Below the pieces are notes generated by a model that was not told where the DNA came from, did no database searches, and worked only from the letters and a program-made list of their open reading frames with translations. Position numbers and translations under genes: made by a program. Below, one piece after another: positions 39,562 through 50,938 of a DNA stretch of 64,000 nt; position 1 is the stretch's first letter; each line of letters starts with the position of its first letter. Source of the stretch: Promethearchaeia archaeon (GTDB lineage: Archaea; Asgardarchaeota; Lokiarchaeia; Sigyniarchaeales; SOKP01); contig JAHQWL010000001.1 of assembly GCA_029856155.1 (NCBI GenBank), positions 1-64,000 on the forward strand, read 5' to 3'.

Positions 39562-41805
39562 CTAAACAAACAGTCGATCTTCTTTGGATTCTTCTATTCT
39601 TCTGCTTTTTAATTTTTCACCGAATTTTTCATACCATGCTAATATTTCTGTAGATAATGTAGGATTAGTAAATTCTCTTGCTTCTTTAAAATGTTCTAAT
39701 GACACCTTTCTTGCTCTAATATTCTCTCTTAAGGCAATCATAGCAGCTTCACGACACCATGTTTCAATATCTGCTCCAGAAAAACCATCAATTAAACGAT
39801 TCAAATCTTCTACTTTTACATTGCTAGTTAAAGGCATATCTTTAGTGAATATTTTTAAAATTTCCAATCTTCCCTTTTCATCTGGAGCAGGAACAAGCAA
39901 TATTCTATCAATTCTCCCAGGGCGAATTAATGCTGGATCTAAAATATCAGGACGATTAGTAGCTGCAATTACAACAATATCTTTCATTACTTCCAAACCA
40001 TCTAACTCTGTTAAAAATTGAGATAAAACTTTCTCTGATACACCAGAATCTGAGGTATGTCTTCCTCTACTTGGAGCTATCGAATCGAACTCATCAAAAA
40101 AGATAATACACGGAGAAGCCATTTTTGCTTTACGAAAGACTTCTCTTATTGCCTTCTCAGATTCACCTACCCATTTTGATAAGAGTTCTGGACCCTTTAT
40201 TGATATGAAATTTGCGTTACTTTCGGTTGCTACTGCTCTTGCTAACAAAGTTTTACCACAACCTGGTGGACCATAAAGAAGAATTCCCTTAGGAGGTGTA
40301 ATTCCCATACGTTTAAATATATTAGGATGTGATAGTGGCCATTCTACAGCTTCATTTAATTTTTGTTTTAAAAGATCTAATCCTCCAACTTGATCCCATG
40401 GAACATTTGGGACTTCTACAAATACCTCTCTTATTGCAGATGGGAGAATTTCTTTTAAAGCTTCTTCAAAATCCTCTTTGGTAACTTCTATTTGTTCTAA
40501 TAATTCTGGATCAATTACTTCTGATTCCAAATCAATTTTAGGTAAATATCGACGTAATGCTGACATAGCAGCCTCTCGACAAACAGCAGAAATATCAGCT
40601 CCTACGAATCCATGAGTTATTTGTGAAAATTCTTTTAATGAAATCTTTTTATCAAGGGGCATATTTCTCGTGTGTATTTGAAATACTTCTCTCCTGCCTT
40701 TTTCATTTGGTACTTTTATCTCAATTTCACGATCAAATCGTCCTGGGCGTCTTAAGGCAGGATCTAAGCTATTCGGTCTATTTGTTGCTCCTATAACAAT
40801 AACTTTACCTCTTCCATGCAGTCCATCCATCAAGGCGAGTAATTGTGCTACAACTCTACGTTCTACTTCTCCTGTAACAGTTTCTCGTTTTGGAGCAATA
40901 GCATCAATTTCATCTATAAAAATAATAGACGGGCTCTTTTCTTCCGCTTCAATAAAGAGTTTTCGCAGCTTTTTTTCCGATTCTCCATAAAACTTACTCA
41001 TAATTTCTGGACCATTTATTGAAATGAAATGTGCTTCACTTTCATTAGCCACTGCTCTAGCTAATAAAGTTTTTCCACAACCAGGTGGGCCTCTTAGAAG
41101 AACTCCCTTAGGAGGATCAATTCCTAAACGTTTAAACAACGAAGGATGTCGTAATGGCAATTCTACCATTTCTCTAACTCTCTGAATCTCTTTATCTAAT
41201 CCACCAACATCTTCATAAGTTATATAGTGAAGCCCTCTTTCTGCTTCTTCCGTAATTTTATCGCTAATATTAAGTATGGTGTCTTGTTTAATAATACAAA
41301 CTCCACTAGGTCGCATGCTTAAAACTTTAAATGTGATCTCTCTACTAATACCAATAGAGATAAATATAAAATCGTCTACTGTTATTGGGTAATTATTTAA
41401 TTTTCTTTTTACAAAGCTTTCAAATCTAGGATTATTTTTTATCGGAAAATTTGATGGAGCCAAAACAACATTTTGAGCAACTTCAGCTTTCACTTTTCGA
41501 ATTTCAACGGTATCATCAATCCTAGACCCAGTGTTTTTCTGAAGTCTAGAATCTACGCGCACAATTCCCAGTCCATTATCTTGTGGATAACTAGGCCATG
41601 CAATTCCGGCGCTTTCCTTCTTACCATTAACAGATATAACATCACCAGTCTGAATTTTTAACTTTTCCATTGTTTTTGGATCAATTCTTATGATATTACG
41701 TCCTATGTCTCTTTTTTTGGCCTTCTGAACCCGTAAAGACACATTAGGTATATCTTTATCTTTTTTATCATCTTCTTCTTTACCATTATTGCCACTTGAT
41801 GACAT
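39562..41805 (-). CDS. cdc48: CDC48/VCP (VAT) AAA+ ATPase
   Basis: N-domain plus two AAA modules (GPPGCGKT twice, [17 protein letters not shown]); C-terminal HbYX-like RLFV. Confidence 0.97.
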   Translation of the reverse strand: MSSSGNNGKEEDDKKDKDIPNVSLRVQKAKKRDIGRNIIRIDPKTMEKLKIQTGDVISVNGKKESAGIAWPSYPQDNGLGIVRVDSRLQKNTGSRIDDTVEIRKVKAEVAQNVVLAPSNFPIKNNPRFESFVKRKLNNYPITVDDFIFISIGISREITFKVLSMRPSGVCIIKQDTILNISDKITEEAERGLHYITYEDVGGLDKEIQRVREMVELPLRHPSLFKRLGIDPPKGVLLRGPPGCGKTLLARAVANESEAHFISINGPEIMSKFYGESEKKLRKLFIEAEEKSPSIIFIDEIDAIAPKRETVTGEVERRVVAQLLALMDGLHGRGKVIVIGATNRPNSLDPALRRPGRFDREIEIKVPNEKGRREVFQIHTRNMPLDKKISLKEFSQITHGFVGADISAVCREAAMSALRRYLPKIDLESEVIDPELLEQIEVTKEDFEEALKEILPSAIREVFVEVPNVPWDQVGGLDLLKQKLNEAVEWPLSHPNIFKRMGITPPKGILLYGPPGCGKTLLARAVATESNANFISIKGPELLSKWVGESEKAIREVFRKAKMASPCIIFFDEFDSIAPSRGRHTSDSGVSEKVLSQFLTELDGLEVMKDIVVIAATNRPDILDPALIRPGRIDRILLVPAPDEKGRLEILKIFTKDMPLTSNVKVEDLNRLIDGFSGADIETWCREAAMIALRENIRARKVSLEHFKEAREFTNPTLSTEILAWYEKFGEKLKSRRIEESKEDRLFV

Positions 41806-41904
41806 GATATATCGACATTAACAAAGTTTTATTTAGATAATTTAAAGAAATCTTAATTTCGTAAAAATTTTTGTATTTATATTTTAAAATAAAAATTTAA
41901 AATC

Positions 41905-42954
41905 TCATTTAAAAAAATCATCTAAGGAGACCTGAACTTTAGCGTCATTTAATTTTCTTAGCCTGTCAAACGCATTCTCAACTCTTTGTTTTGAAAAATT
42001 ATGTTTTTCAATAAGTAAATCTTCTAATTTTTCAAAATCGATCTTCTTTGGTTTTGGAATCTTATAATCTTTTTTTAAATCAGGATCAAGAAATATTTTT
42101 CTAATCTGAGTAACTAATTCCATATCTAATAAAATCTCTTTTCCTCCTATCATAACATTATTTTTCAGAATGGACTCTATCGTATCGTATTTTTTAATCA
42201 AGTCTAATGCTGTTTTCTGACCAATCCCTTTAATTCCCGGGAAAAAATCTGTACCAATCAATATTCCCATATCAATCAATTGTTCTCTGGTTATTCCAAG
42301 ATTATTTAAAAATTTATTTAATGAAACATATTCAATATCTAAAGTAACTGTTGTATCTCTTACTTTTTTAGTTCGACTTATAGCAAAATTTCGAAGTAAT
42401 CGTTCCCCTCCAAATAATAAGGTATCATAATCTTGGGAAGCACATGCCCATGCATCATTATTTTCAACTAAATATGCAGATTGAGCTTCTCCTTCAGAAC
42501 TGGCTTGCACTATCGGAATTCCCATATACTCAATCAATTTTTTACTCTCTTCAATCATCCCAGAATCAAGTTTAGAAGTTAATTGAGCAAATTTTTTAGC
42601 TTCTTTAAAATCTTCATCATCTTGTGCTTTAATCATTTTCTCCCTAGCTTCTTCTTTAATTTTTTTCCTTTCTTTTACAGTTTCTATTTTCAATTCAGAA
42701 GGAATACCGTCAAAAACATAAATTGGTTTAATATTGTGCTCTAAAAAGTTAATTGTTCTATAGAAAAGTCCTGAAAGATGTGATGTTACATTTCCTTGAA
42801 AATCTTTTAAAGGAGTTCCATCTTTCTGACGTATTATAGCTAGGAATTGATAAATGGTATTAAATGCATCAATGGCTATACTTTTCTTAAAGAGATTTTC
42901 AAATGTAATTGTTCTTTTAACTTCATTTACTAATTCATTTATTTTTACGCCCAT
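41905..42954 (-). CDS. fen: flap endonuclease 1
   Basis: MGV, IDAFN.IYQFL, TSHLSGLFYRT, SEGEAQ, SQDYD, GTDF, PIP box QVSLDDFF. Confidence 0.97.
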   Translation of the reverse strand: MGVKINELVNEVKRTITFENLFKKSIAIDAFNTIYQFLAIIRQKDGTPLKDFQGNVTSHLSGLFYRTINFLEHNIKPIYVFDGIPSELKIETVKERKKIKEEAREKMIKAQDDEDFKEAKKFAQLTSKLDSGMIEESKKLIEYMGIPIVQASSEGEAQSAYLVENNDAWACASQDYDTLLFGGERLLRNFAISRTKKVRDTTVTLDIEYVSLNKFLNNLGITREQLIDMGILIGTDFFPGIKGIGQKTALDLIKKYDTIESILKNNVMIGGKEILLDMELVTQIRKIFLDPDLKKDYKIPKPKKIDFEKLEDLLIEKHNFSKQRVENAFDRLRKLNDAKVQVSLDDFFK

Positions 42955-43020
42955 ATCTAATTTATTCCCTATCTTCTACATCTTCGATAAATATTTGTGA
43001 TACAACTTATATAATTTCCA

Positions 43021-43569
43021 CTAATATATTATATTACTTTTTGGACGCCTTTTCAATGTTGATCCACACATTTCACATGTTTTATTTAAATCTTCAGCTT
43101 CATGAATACTTTTGCAATATGGACAATAAACTTCCCAGTTTATTTTAGATTCAATCCCATCTTTATATAAAGAAGAAAAAGGAATATTTAACTCAGAACA
43201 TACATTTTCAATGGAATAATCATTAGAGTACATTTTCACGTTTTGATTTGATTTTTCCTTCAATTCTAAAGCCAATGCTATTAATTCCTTATCTGCATCT
43301 GATAAATATTTGAAATCTCCGGTTTTTTTTGATATCTCCCTTATCTTTTCAATGAATTTACTTTCAGGATTTATTACCGTTAACTTTTTAGTTTCAATTG
43401 CAGCATTTACCTTATTTAAAATATTTCTATTTTTTTCCGTGTATCTATAATCTTTTATTTCCTCAATTATAGAAAGAGTTGTATAAATCTCAAATTCAAT
43501 TAGATTAATATCAATTCCCGTAAGGAAAATATTAGTATCAAAAATATAAATTGAAGCTTTTTCTTTCAT
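43021..43569 (-). CDS. nob1: Nob1 PIN-domain endonuclease
   Basis: DTNIF, TGD..LSDAD, NDYSIENV, C-terminal CPYC..CEMCG. Confidence 0.9.
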   Translation of the reverse strand: MKEKASIYIFDTNIFLTGIDINLIEFEIYTTLSIIEEIKDYRYTEKNRNILNKVNAAIETKKLTVINPESKFIEKIREISKKTGDFKYLSDADKELIALALELKEKSNQNVKMYSNDYSIENVCSELNIPFSSLYKDGIESKINWEVYCPYCKSIHEAEDLNKTCEMCGSTLKRRPKSNIIY

Positions 43570-43629
43570 AGCACTTATCTTCAGTAATGAGTAATGAAAA
43601 ATAATTTTTAGTCATATTATTAAATGAAG

Positions 43630-44529
43630 TTATTCTTCAGGAGAATCATCAATAGGGACTCTTCTTATAGTACCAATTATTTTCTTTCTCAAACGAGTAT
43701 AGTAACTTCCTTTAAACCGAATAAATTTATTTTGAGAATTTGCTTTACGAATTCGAATTTTAGTATTAGGTGCAATTCTTTTAATGATTTGCTGTCCATC
43801 TATTACAATTTTAGCATCCAATCGAGGTCTTAAAAGTTGAATCTCAATTTCAGAATCAATAGGTACAATTAAAGGTTTTAAACCAGATCTTGCAAAGCTG
43901 TTTAACGGAGTTATCTGCATAATTGACATATTAGGATTTACTATTGCTCCACCGGCACTTAAATTATAAGCAGTAGATCCGGTAGGGGTTGATATTATCA
44001 CTCCGTCTAAATAACTACGATTAAGAAAAATTTTATCAATTTTAATAGATATCTGTAAAACTTTTGAACTTTTAGAAGATATTATTAAAACCTCATTTAA
44101 TGCATTACTCAGCTTAATCTCTCCTGAATTTTTCACAATATAAGCTGTTATTTTGGAACAAACTTCTAAACTGTATTGACCATTTAAAACTCTGGATAAA
44201 TCTTTGAAAATTATTCTTTCATTAGACTCATCTAAAAAACCTATAGATCCAACATTTACTCCCAGAATGGGAGGTGGACTTTTTTGAGATAATCCATTAG
44301 CAACTCTTAATATTGAGCCATCTCCACCTATAATTATTATGAATTTAATATTCTCTTCATTCATTTCACCGAGATCCATACCATTATGCGGAAAAATTTT
44401 TGGAGCTATTCTTGTCTCTAAATATACAATTTCACCTTTTTGAACTAAGAATTCGAAAATTCTCCGTGATAATTTAATTGCTCTTTCGGAATCCAATCTA
44501 CATGCTAAAGCAATCGGTTTTTTTTCCAT
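43630..44529 (-). CDS. nadK: NAD(+) kinase
   Basis: GGDGS, GVNVGSIGFL, NE, DG.IISTPTGSTAYNLSAGG. Confidence 0.95.
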   Translation of the reverse strand: MEKKPIALACRLDSERAIKLSRRIFEFLVQKGEIVYLETRIAPKIFPHNGMDLGEMNEENIKFIIIIGGDGSILRVANGLSQKSPPPILGVNVGSIGFLDESNERIIFKDLSRVLNGQYSLEVCSKITAYIVKNSGEIKLSNALNEVLIISSKSSKVLQISIKIDKIFLNRSYLDGVIISTPTGSTAYNLSAGGAIVNPNMSIMQITPLNSFARSGLKPLIVPIDSEIEIQLLRPRLDAKIVIDGQQIIKRIAPNTKIRIRKANSQNKFIRFKGSYYTRLRKKIIGTIRRVPIDDSPEE

Positions 44530-44604
44530 GACCCTCGGTTTTTCTATTCAAATGCTCCAAAAAAATAATGGATAATAAAAATAATACTTAGTTTTAATAT
44601 TTAC

Positions 44605-45033
44605 TTAAATACCGAAAACTCTATTTATAAGTGTTTTACCTGCTAATTGCCAATACTCTACTTGAGTAGTTGAAATTTTGCTAGGACTTGCTTGAAGCTC
44701 CCTTAATTTATTCTTTAAATCTTCATCTTGAGGCCAATCAACATCAAATGATTCGTATGATTCTAAATTCATAATGTTAATCGAGATATCCTCTATAAAG
44801 TTAATTTGAGCGTTCCCCTTCATAATTTCCGGAACTTCAACCATATGACCACTTGGAATGGTGAGTGAACGTTTATTATTATCAAATATTCCAACACATA
44901 CAACTCTAACTTTAGCATGACCATGTTTTCCACTTTTTGATCGCTCAATACTCTTAATAATACATGGTTCTTCCTCCACCATTATATATTGTCCCGTTTT
45001 TAATTTTTGTATCTCTGTTCTTCTAATAGACAA
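44605..45033 (-). CDS. eif5a: translation factor aIF-5A
   Basis: Hypusine loop SKSGKHGHAK. Confidence 0.95.
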   Translation of the reverse strand: MSIRRTEIQKLKTGQYIMVEEEPCIIKSIERSKSGKHGHAKVRVVCVGIFDNNKRSLTIPSGHMVEVPEIMKGNAQINFIEDISINIMNLESYESFDVDWPQDEDLKNKLRELQASPSKISTTQVEYWQLAGKTLINRVFGI

Positions 45034-45186
45034 TTACTTTTACACCTTTCTTTAATTATTTTTATCCAAAATATTTTTAATTTTGACATTTCTTTTAATT
45101 TATAATATAATATATTTTTTCAAAAAAAAATATTAGTTTTTAAGAACTAATTCAAGTACAGAAAAAAAAATTAAAACTGGGATGTA

Positions 45187-46560
45187 ATGGTATTAGAGAA
45201 ATTAGGAAGATCGCTAGACACTGCCATCAGAAAGATCAGACGACTTCCATCAGTAGATAAAGATGCAATTAATGCCCTTATCCAAGAATTGCAGAGAGCC
45301 TTGCTTAGTGCTGATGTAAAAGTAGAGTTAGTATTTGAAATGACCGAAAATATCAGAAAGGAGGCCATGAACACCAAACTCCAGAAGGCAAGACGGAGGG
45401 ATTTCGTGATTAAATTAGTACATGATGAACTTATTAAACTTTTAGGTGGAAAGCCCGCTCCAATACGAATAAAACCTGGAAAAAAGAATGTAATATTGCT
45501 TGTTGGTATCCAAGGTTCAGGAAAAACAACTACAATTGCTAAAATAGCGAAATTTTATAAAAGTAAAGGCTATAAGGTTGGAGCATTAACAACTGATACT
45601 TGGCGACCAGGAGCTTATGAACAATTAGTACAATTATCAGAACAGGTGGGTATAAAATGTTATGGAAACCCAAATGAAAAAAATGCCATAAAAATTGCCA
45701 TTCAAGAAACAAAAAGAGCAATAAATGATGGAAATGAAATAATAATCGCAGATACTGCTGGTAGACATAAAGAAGAAAAAGAATTGATGAAAGAAATGGC
45801 AATTCTAGAACAAAAATTAAAACCAAATGAGATAATTCTAGTAATTGATGGTACTCTGGGTCAACAAGCATTTAACCAAGCTGAAGCGTTTGCGCAGACA
45901 ACTAATTTGGGTTCAATTATAGTCACAAAATTAGATGGGACCGCTAAAGGGGGTGGAGCTTTATCAGCGTGCACAGCATCAAATGTGGGTATTCGTTTCA
46001 TTGGAGTAGGCGAAAAAATCGACGATTTTGAAGAATTTGATCCATCTAAATTTGTTGGAACTTTACTTGGTATTCCAGATATCGAATCGTTAGTTCAAAA
46101 AGTACAAGAAGCTGAAGTAGATATTGAACCAGAAATGGTTAAAAGAATGGTTCACGGAAAATTTACTCTTGATGATTTATACCTACAATTAAAAAGTATA
46201 AAGAAAGTTGGAAAATTCAAACAAATATTATCCATGATGGGTGGCGGAAATATTCCAGATGCTTTAAAGGAGGATGCTGAAGCAAATCTAGCAAAATGGG
46301 AAGTTGTTCTTAATTCTATGACACAAGAAGAAAAAGAGAACCCAAAAGTCATTAAAAAGACTAGAAAAAGACGGATTGCTATAGGGAGTGGAACTAATTA
46401 CTCAATAATTAATAAAATGTTGGATCAATTTTCACAAATGAAAAAATTCATGAAAAAATTTCTTCAAATGCAAAAAAAAGGGAAAGGGATGCCCGGGATG
46501 CCTGGTCTTCCAGGTGGAAAAGCTGGATCTGACTTTATGAAGAAACTAGGTAAATTTTAA
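45187..46560 (+). CDS. srp54: signal recognition particle protein Srp54
   Basis: GIQGSGKTTT, DTWRPGA, DTAGRH, TKLDGTAKGGG, M-domain SMTQEE. Confidence 0.97.
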   Translation: MVLEKLGRSLDTAIRKIRRLPSVDKDAINALIQELQRALLSADVKVELVFEMTENIRKEAMNTKLQKARRRDFVIKLVHDELIKLLGGKPAPIRIKPGKKNVILLVGIQGSGKTTTIAKIAKFYKSKGYKVGALTTDTWRPGAYEQLVQLSEQVGIKCYGNPNEKNAIKIAIQETKRAINDGNEIIIADTAGRHKEEKELMKEMAILEQKLKPNEIILVIDGTLGQQAFNQAEAFAQTTNLGSIIVTKLDGTAKGGGALSACTASNVGIRFIGVGEKIDDFEEFDPSKFVGTLLGIPDIESLVQKVQEAEVDIEPEMVKRMVHGKFTLDDLYLQLKSIKKVGKFKQILSMMGGGNIPDALKEDAEANLAKWEVVLNSMTQEEKENPKVIKKTRKRRIAIGSGTNYSIINKMLDQFSQMKKFMKKFLQMQKKGKGMPGMPGLPGGKAGSDFMKKLGKF

Positions 46561-46582
46561 AATTTAATGATAACCCTCATAT

Positions 46583-47251
46583 TTGATTAATTTGGTTAAT
46601 TTCTTATTACTAATAGAAAATATTTCAAACTATTCTAAAAAAGATATTGATATAGGAAGAACCCCATTTGATATATATAGACTCAGTTCTTATATAAGAG
46701 AAACATTCTGTTTATCATATAATCTTAGAAAAGATAATAATCTTTTTTTATATATCCAAAAAGACCATCATCTAATTGAATTTAAAGGAAAAAAATTAAA
46801 ATATTTAGGTCCCGATGAAAGATCTGAAACATTACTTTTAGAGAAAGTGTTAAATAAAATAAAGGGATCTATTATTTATGAAGATGGGTGGAGGAAATCA
46901 ACGCCGGGAATTTTCATCAGAAGTTTTTTTGATAATATTTCGTTCATTAATTATTATCGATTAATCGCAAACCATCTGAGTTTTCTTATCATAGATACTT
47001 TACATGAGGTTAATAAAAAAGTAGAATTTTTCAAATTAAATCAAAATCCTATAGAGATTTTAGACGAAGACTTCTTTATAATTCCGACTTATACTTTGCG
47101 AAGTGAGAGTTCTATTTTTATTGAATTATTTAAAGAATTGAAAAACACAAAACTTATCTCTCTTTCAAAAATTAAAGGTGTAGAAAATAAAATTTTATAT
47201 ATTAATTTTATAAAAGATCAACAAAGAACTCATAAAAACCTAGTTAAATGA
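46583..47251 (+). CDS. TrmY-like (tRNA pseudouridine-54 N1-methyltransferase family), divergent
   Basis: FCLSYNLRKD, GPDERS, STPGI; located after srp54; C-terminal SPOUT knot poorly recognisable. Confidence 0.6.
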   Translation: MINLVNFLLLIENISNYSKKDIDIGRTPFDIYRLSSYIRETFCLSYNLRKDNNLFLYIQKDHHLIEFKGKKLKYLGPDERSETLLLEKVLNKIKGSIIYEDGWRKSTPGIFIRSFFDNISFINYYRLIANHLSFLIIDTLHEVNKKVEFFKLNQNPIEILDEDFFIIPTYTLRSESSIFIELFKELKNTKLISLSKIKGVENKILYINFIKDQQRTHKNLVK

Positions 47252-48642
47252 TATTAAAGAATGCTAAGATTTATAATGACGGTTTGATACATAAGGGAGT
47301 TATACATATTGATAATGGAATAATTAGAAATGTAATATTTGAGCCAAAAGACCAAGAATTTAAGAAATTAGTCAAAAAGAATCAAGATGGTAAAGAAATC
47401 GATTGTCAAAATAAATTAATTCTACCAGGAATAATTGATATTCATTCCCATTTACGAGATTTAGGTCAGAGCGAAAAAGAAACATTTTTAACTGGAACTA
47501 AAGCAGCAGCATTCTCTGGAATAACAACTGTTTTCAATATGCCGAATACAGAACCTCCTGCTATTTCTTCAGAACAAATTAAGATTTGGATGAAAAAAGC
47601 AGAGAAAAATATTTATGTGGACGTGGGATTCATAGCTGGAGTCCCAAAAGGAATAGATGAAGATGAGATAAAACGTATCATTAATTTAGGAGTTATAGGA
47701 TTTAAGATTTATTCTCTTAATTCTATTAATGAAATAGATTGGAAAGACTCAAAAAACTTTCAAATTATTCTTGATATATCATCTAGATACCAAATTCCAT
47801 TATTTATACATGCATCTTATCCTTTATCTGATGATGAAAAAAAGCCTATTCACCAAGAATTCAAAGTAACAAATAAAAATCCTTTAATTTATCATAATAG
47901 ATTGGATCCAATTAAAGCAGAAGAGAAATATGTTAAATTTGTTATTGAGAATTATAAAGAATATATTGATGTGAATCACTTAAATCCTAAAAATTATCCA
48001 GTAATTCATTTTTGTCATATAAGCTGTATTGAAAGTTATCTAATAATTAAGAAAGCACAGAATTCAAATAAAGATTTAAAAATAACCTTTGAGGTTACAC
48101 CACATCATCTACTTTTGTCTAATAGGATTATATTAACCAATGAGAATTTTGGAAAAGTTTTACCTCCCTTAAGAGAAGAAAAACACCCTAAATTTTTGTT
48201 TAATGAGCTAAAAAAAGGAGCTATAAAATTAATAGGAACAGATCATGCCCCACACACATTAGAAGAAAAATCTAAGAATTACTTTGATGCACCTTCTGGA
48301 TTCCCCGGGTTTGAAACGTATCCTTTATTAATTATCAACAAGATATTTAATTATCAACTATCTTTAGAAAAATTTGTTGAAGCAGCTTCAGAAAATCCAG
48401 CAAAAATCTTCCATTTAAACAACAAAGGTTTTATTAAAGAAGGATATTGTGCTGATTTACTAATTGTTGATAAAATTCCAGAATACACGATTAATCCTCA
48501 ACATTTTAAAACCAAAGCAAAATTTTCTCCATATGAGAACTTTATTACAAATGTTCAAATTTGGAAAGTCTTTCTACGGGGGATAGAAATCAATATTGAA
48601 AATAATATTCCAAGTGGAAAAATTATTAAACGTATGCTATAA
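47248..48642 (+). CDS. pyrC: dihydroorotase (amidohydrolase family)
   Basis: PGIIDIHSHLR, MPNTEP, EVTPHHL, PPLR, TDHAPH. Confidence 0.88.
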   Translation: MILKNAKIYNDGLIHKGVIHIDNGIIRNVIFEPKDQEFKKLVKKNQDGKEIDCQNKLILPGIIDIHSHLRDLGQSEKETFLTGTKAAAFSGITTVFNMPNTEPPAISSEQIKIWMKKAEKNIYVDVGFIAGVPKGIDEDEIKRIINLGVIGFKIYSLNSINEIDWKDSKNFQIILDISSRYQIPLFIHASYPLSDDEKKPIHQEFKVTNKNPLIYHNRLDPIKAEEKYVKFVIENYKEYIDVNHLNPKNYPVIHFCHISCIESYLIIKKAQNSNKDLKITFEVTPHHLLLSNRIILTNENFGKVLPPLREEKHPKFLFNELKKGAIKLIGTDHAPHTLEEKSKNYFDAPSGFPGFETYPLLIINKIFNYQLSLEKFVEAASENPAKIFHLNNKGFIKEGYCADLLIVDKIPEYTINPQHFKTKAKFSPYENFITNVQIWKVFLRGIEINIENNIPSGKIIKRML

Positions 48643-48701
48643 AATATATATGTCTGAACAGTATAATTATACTTAAATTAAATGATTATGGGAATACTAA
48701 A

Positions 48702-49334
48702 ATGCCTGATAATGATGAATTTAGTCAAGAAGATGGTAAAATGTTAATAAAATTTGCACGAGACAACATTGAATTTTTTTTAAAAAATAATAGAAAGATT
48801 CCCATTACAGATACAATAAAAGAGAAATTTTCTGATAAATATGGTGCTTTCGTAACATTAAATAAATACAATGTAATTGGTAATCCTCTAAGGGGATGTA
48901 TCGGCTATATTGAACCTACTTATTCTTTATATGACGTAATCCACCGTGTGTCAATAAGTTCAGCAATTGAAGATCCACGATTTTCTTCTGTATCTCTGGA
49001 TGAGATGGATGAGATAATAATTGAATTATCAATTTTAACTCCACCAAAATTGCTTGAAGTAAATGATCCAAAAGAATATCTCGATAAAATTGTTATTGGA
49101 AGAGATGGGCTTATAGTAGAGAAAGGAATGAGAAGAGGTCTACTTCTTCCTCAAGTTCCTATAGATCATGGAAGAAATTGGGATGTTGAAACTTTTCTTT
49201 CTCAAACATGTTCAAAAGCTTGGCTTGAAAGTAATGCTTGGAAAAAAAAAAGTACTAATATATACTCTTTTCAAGCTATTCTTTTTGAGGAGAAAGAACC
49301 ACGTGGTGAAGTAGTAAGAAAATATCTTAATTAG
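48702..49334 (+). CDS. AMMECR1 domain protein
   Basis: GAFVTL, LRGCIG, AIEDPRF, GRDGL, GLLLPQV. Confidence 0.93.
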   Translation: MPDNDEFSQEDGKMLIKFARDNIEFFLKNNRKIPITDTIKEKFSDKYGAFVTLNKYNVIGNPLRGCIGYIEPTYSLYDVIHRVSISSAIEDPRFSSVSLDEMDEIIIELSILTPPKLLEVNDPKEYLDKIVIGRDGLIVEKGMRRGLLLPQVPIDHGRNWDVETFLSQTCSKAWLESNAWKKKSTNIYSFQAILFEEKEPRGEVVRKYLN

Positions 49335-49415
49335 GAAATTATGTTTATTTAAAGATCTTACTTATTTTTTCTATGAAAAATGAAGCTTAAAAATGGTTTA
49401 TTGAGATAATTGCTT

Positions 49416-50921
49416 ATGGAAAACTCAGATAAAATACTTTCAGTTGATATTTCTTCTAAGAAAGTTAAAGTCGGTATAATTTCTGATAAATTGGAATTAG
49501 AAACTGTTTCAGTTCAAGAATATGATACTATTGATGAGGATATTAATGGTTTTGCTAAGAGATTTAATATGAAGGATATTTGGAAAAAAGTTAAATTAGG
49601 TATAAGAAATGTTATAAAAGAAAATAAACCGGAAAATATCATTGGGATTTCTTCATGTGGACAGAGAATGGCCACAGTTTTCTTAGATAAAAAAGGAAAT
49701 GAGATTTATGGAGGTCCTAACACTGATATGAGAGGCATCGATTCTGCCTATCTCATTGAAGATGAATTTTCAGAAGAAGGATTATTCAATATAACAGCGC
49801 ATAGTCCATTCTTTATGTTCACGCTAGCTCGCTTATTATGGTTTAAAGAAGAGAAGGAATTAGAATATGAAAATATTAATAAAATCTTAATGTTAGATGA
49901 TTGGATTGTCTATAAACTTACTGGGGAGTTTTATACAGATTACACCTCTATCGGAGAATCTCTCCTTTTTAACATAACTAAGAAAAGATGGAGTTCGGAA
50001 ATTATTGAAGCTTTTGATATAAATCCTGGAATACTCCCAGAAATTATTGAACCAAGCACAATTATTGGAGACATAAAATTAGATTTAATAAAGGAAATTG
50101 GCATAAATCAACAAAAACTCCCTGTTTTAAAAGGATGTGGAGATACACAGGCTAATTTATTAGGTATGGGTGTGATTGAGAATGGAAATATCGGAATTAG
50201 TTTAGGAACAACTGCCCCTGTACATTTAGTAGTAGATAAACCTATTATTGATCCTGACTTAAATTTTTGGACAGAATGTCATGTGATTCAAGATAAATGG
50301 TTGATTGAAGCTAGTACTGGAGGTACAGGTAGGGCTTATGATTGGTTTAAAAATGCGTTTATTTCAGATTCCAAAAGAGATGCAGATGAGATTATGAATG
50401 AATTTTTAAGTAAAAATAGTCCTGGAGCAGGTTCTACTTATGCATTTCTTGGGCCAGAGCTCATGGCAATTAAAAATCAAACTTCGATCAAGCGAGGTGT
50501 ATTTATTTTTCCACCACCTAGTATGATAGGGGAGGAATTACCAAAATTAGACAATTTTGCACAAAGTGCTATGGAGGGTATTTGTTTTGGAATTCTTGAA
50601 AACTTTAAAGCTTTACGTCAATTTGTCTCATCAGAAATCAAAACATTTTGTTCTGGAGGAATGGCTAAATCTTATGAATTCTGTAAAATGTTAGTAAATG
50701 TTCTAGATCAAGAGATAAATGTTCCTCAATTTAAAGATTCAGCTTTTATTGGATGTGCAATAAATGCATTATTCGGTCTAAAATTATATCAAGATTATCA
50801 AAGCATAATAGATAATCTGATTAAATTCGAGAAATATTCAATTGATTCCCAGATCTCAAGTGATTATAGGAAAATCTTTCGGGAATGGAAAAATTTAAAA
50901 GACAAAATAAGTAAATTATAG
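49416..50921 (+). CDS. FGGY family carbohydrate kinase (LsrK/XylB-like, divergent)
   Basis: SSCGQR, DMRG, LARLLWF, GCGDTQ, SLGTT, AMEGICF. Confidence 0.85.
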   Translation: MENSDKILSVDISSKKVKVGIISDKLELETVSVQEYDTIDEDINGFAKRFNMKDIWKKVKLGIRNVIKENKPENIIGISSCGQRMATVFLDKKGNEIYGGPNTDMRGIDSAYLIEDEFSEEGLFNITAHSPFFMFTLARLLWFKEEKELEYENINKILMLDDWIVYKLTGEFYTDYTSIGESLLFNITKKRWSSEIIEAFDINPGILPEIIEPSTIIGDIKLDLIKEIGINQQKLPVLKGCGDTQANLLGMGVIENGNIGISLGTTAPVHLVVDKPIIDPDLNFWTECHVIQDKWLIEASTGGTGRAYDWFKNAFISDSKRDADEIMNEFLSKNSPGAGSTYAFLGPELMAIKNQTSIKRGVFIFPPPSMIGEELPKLDNFAQSAMEGICFGILENFKALRQFVSSEIKTFCSGGMAKSYEFCKMLVNVLDQEINVPQFKDSAFIGCAINALFGLKLYQDYQSIIDNLIKFEKYSIDSQISSDYRKIFREWKNLKDKISKL

Positions 50922-50938
50922 ATATTTGATTTAAATCT

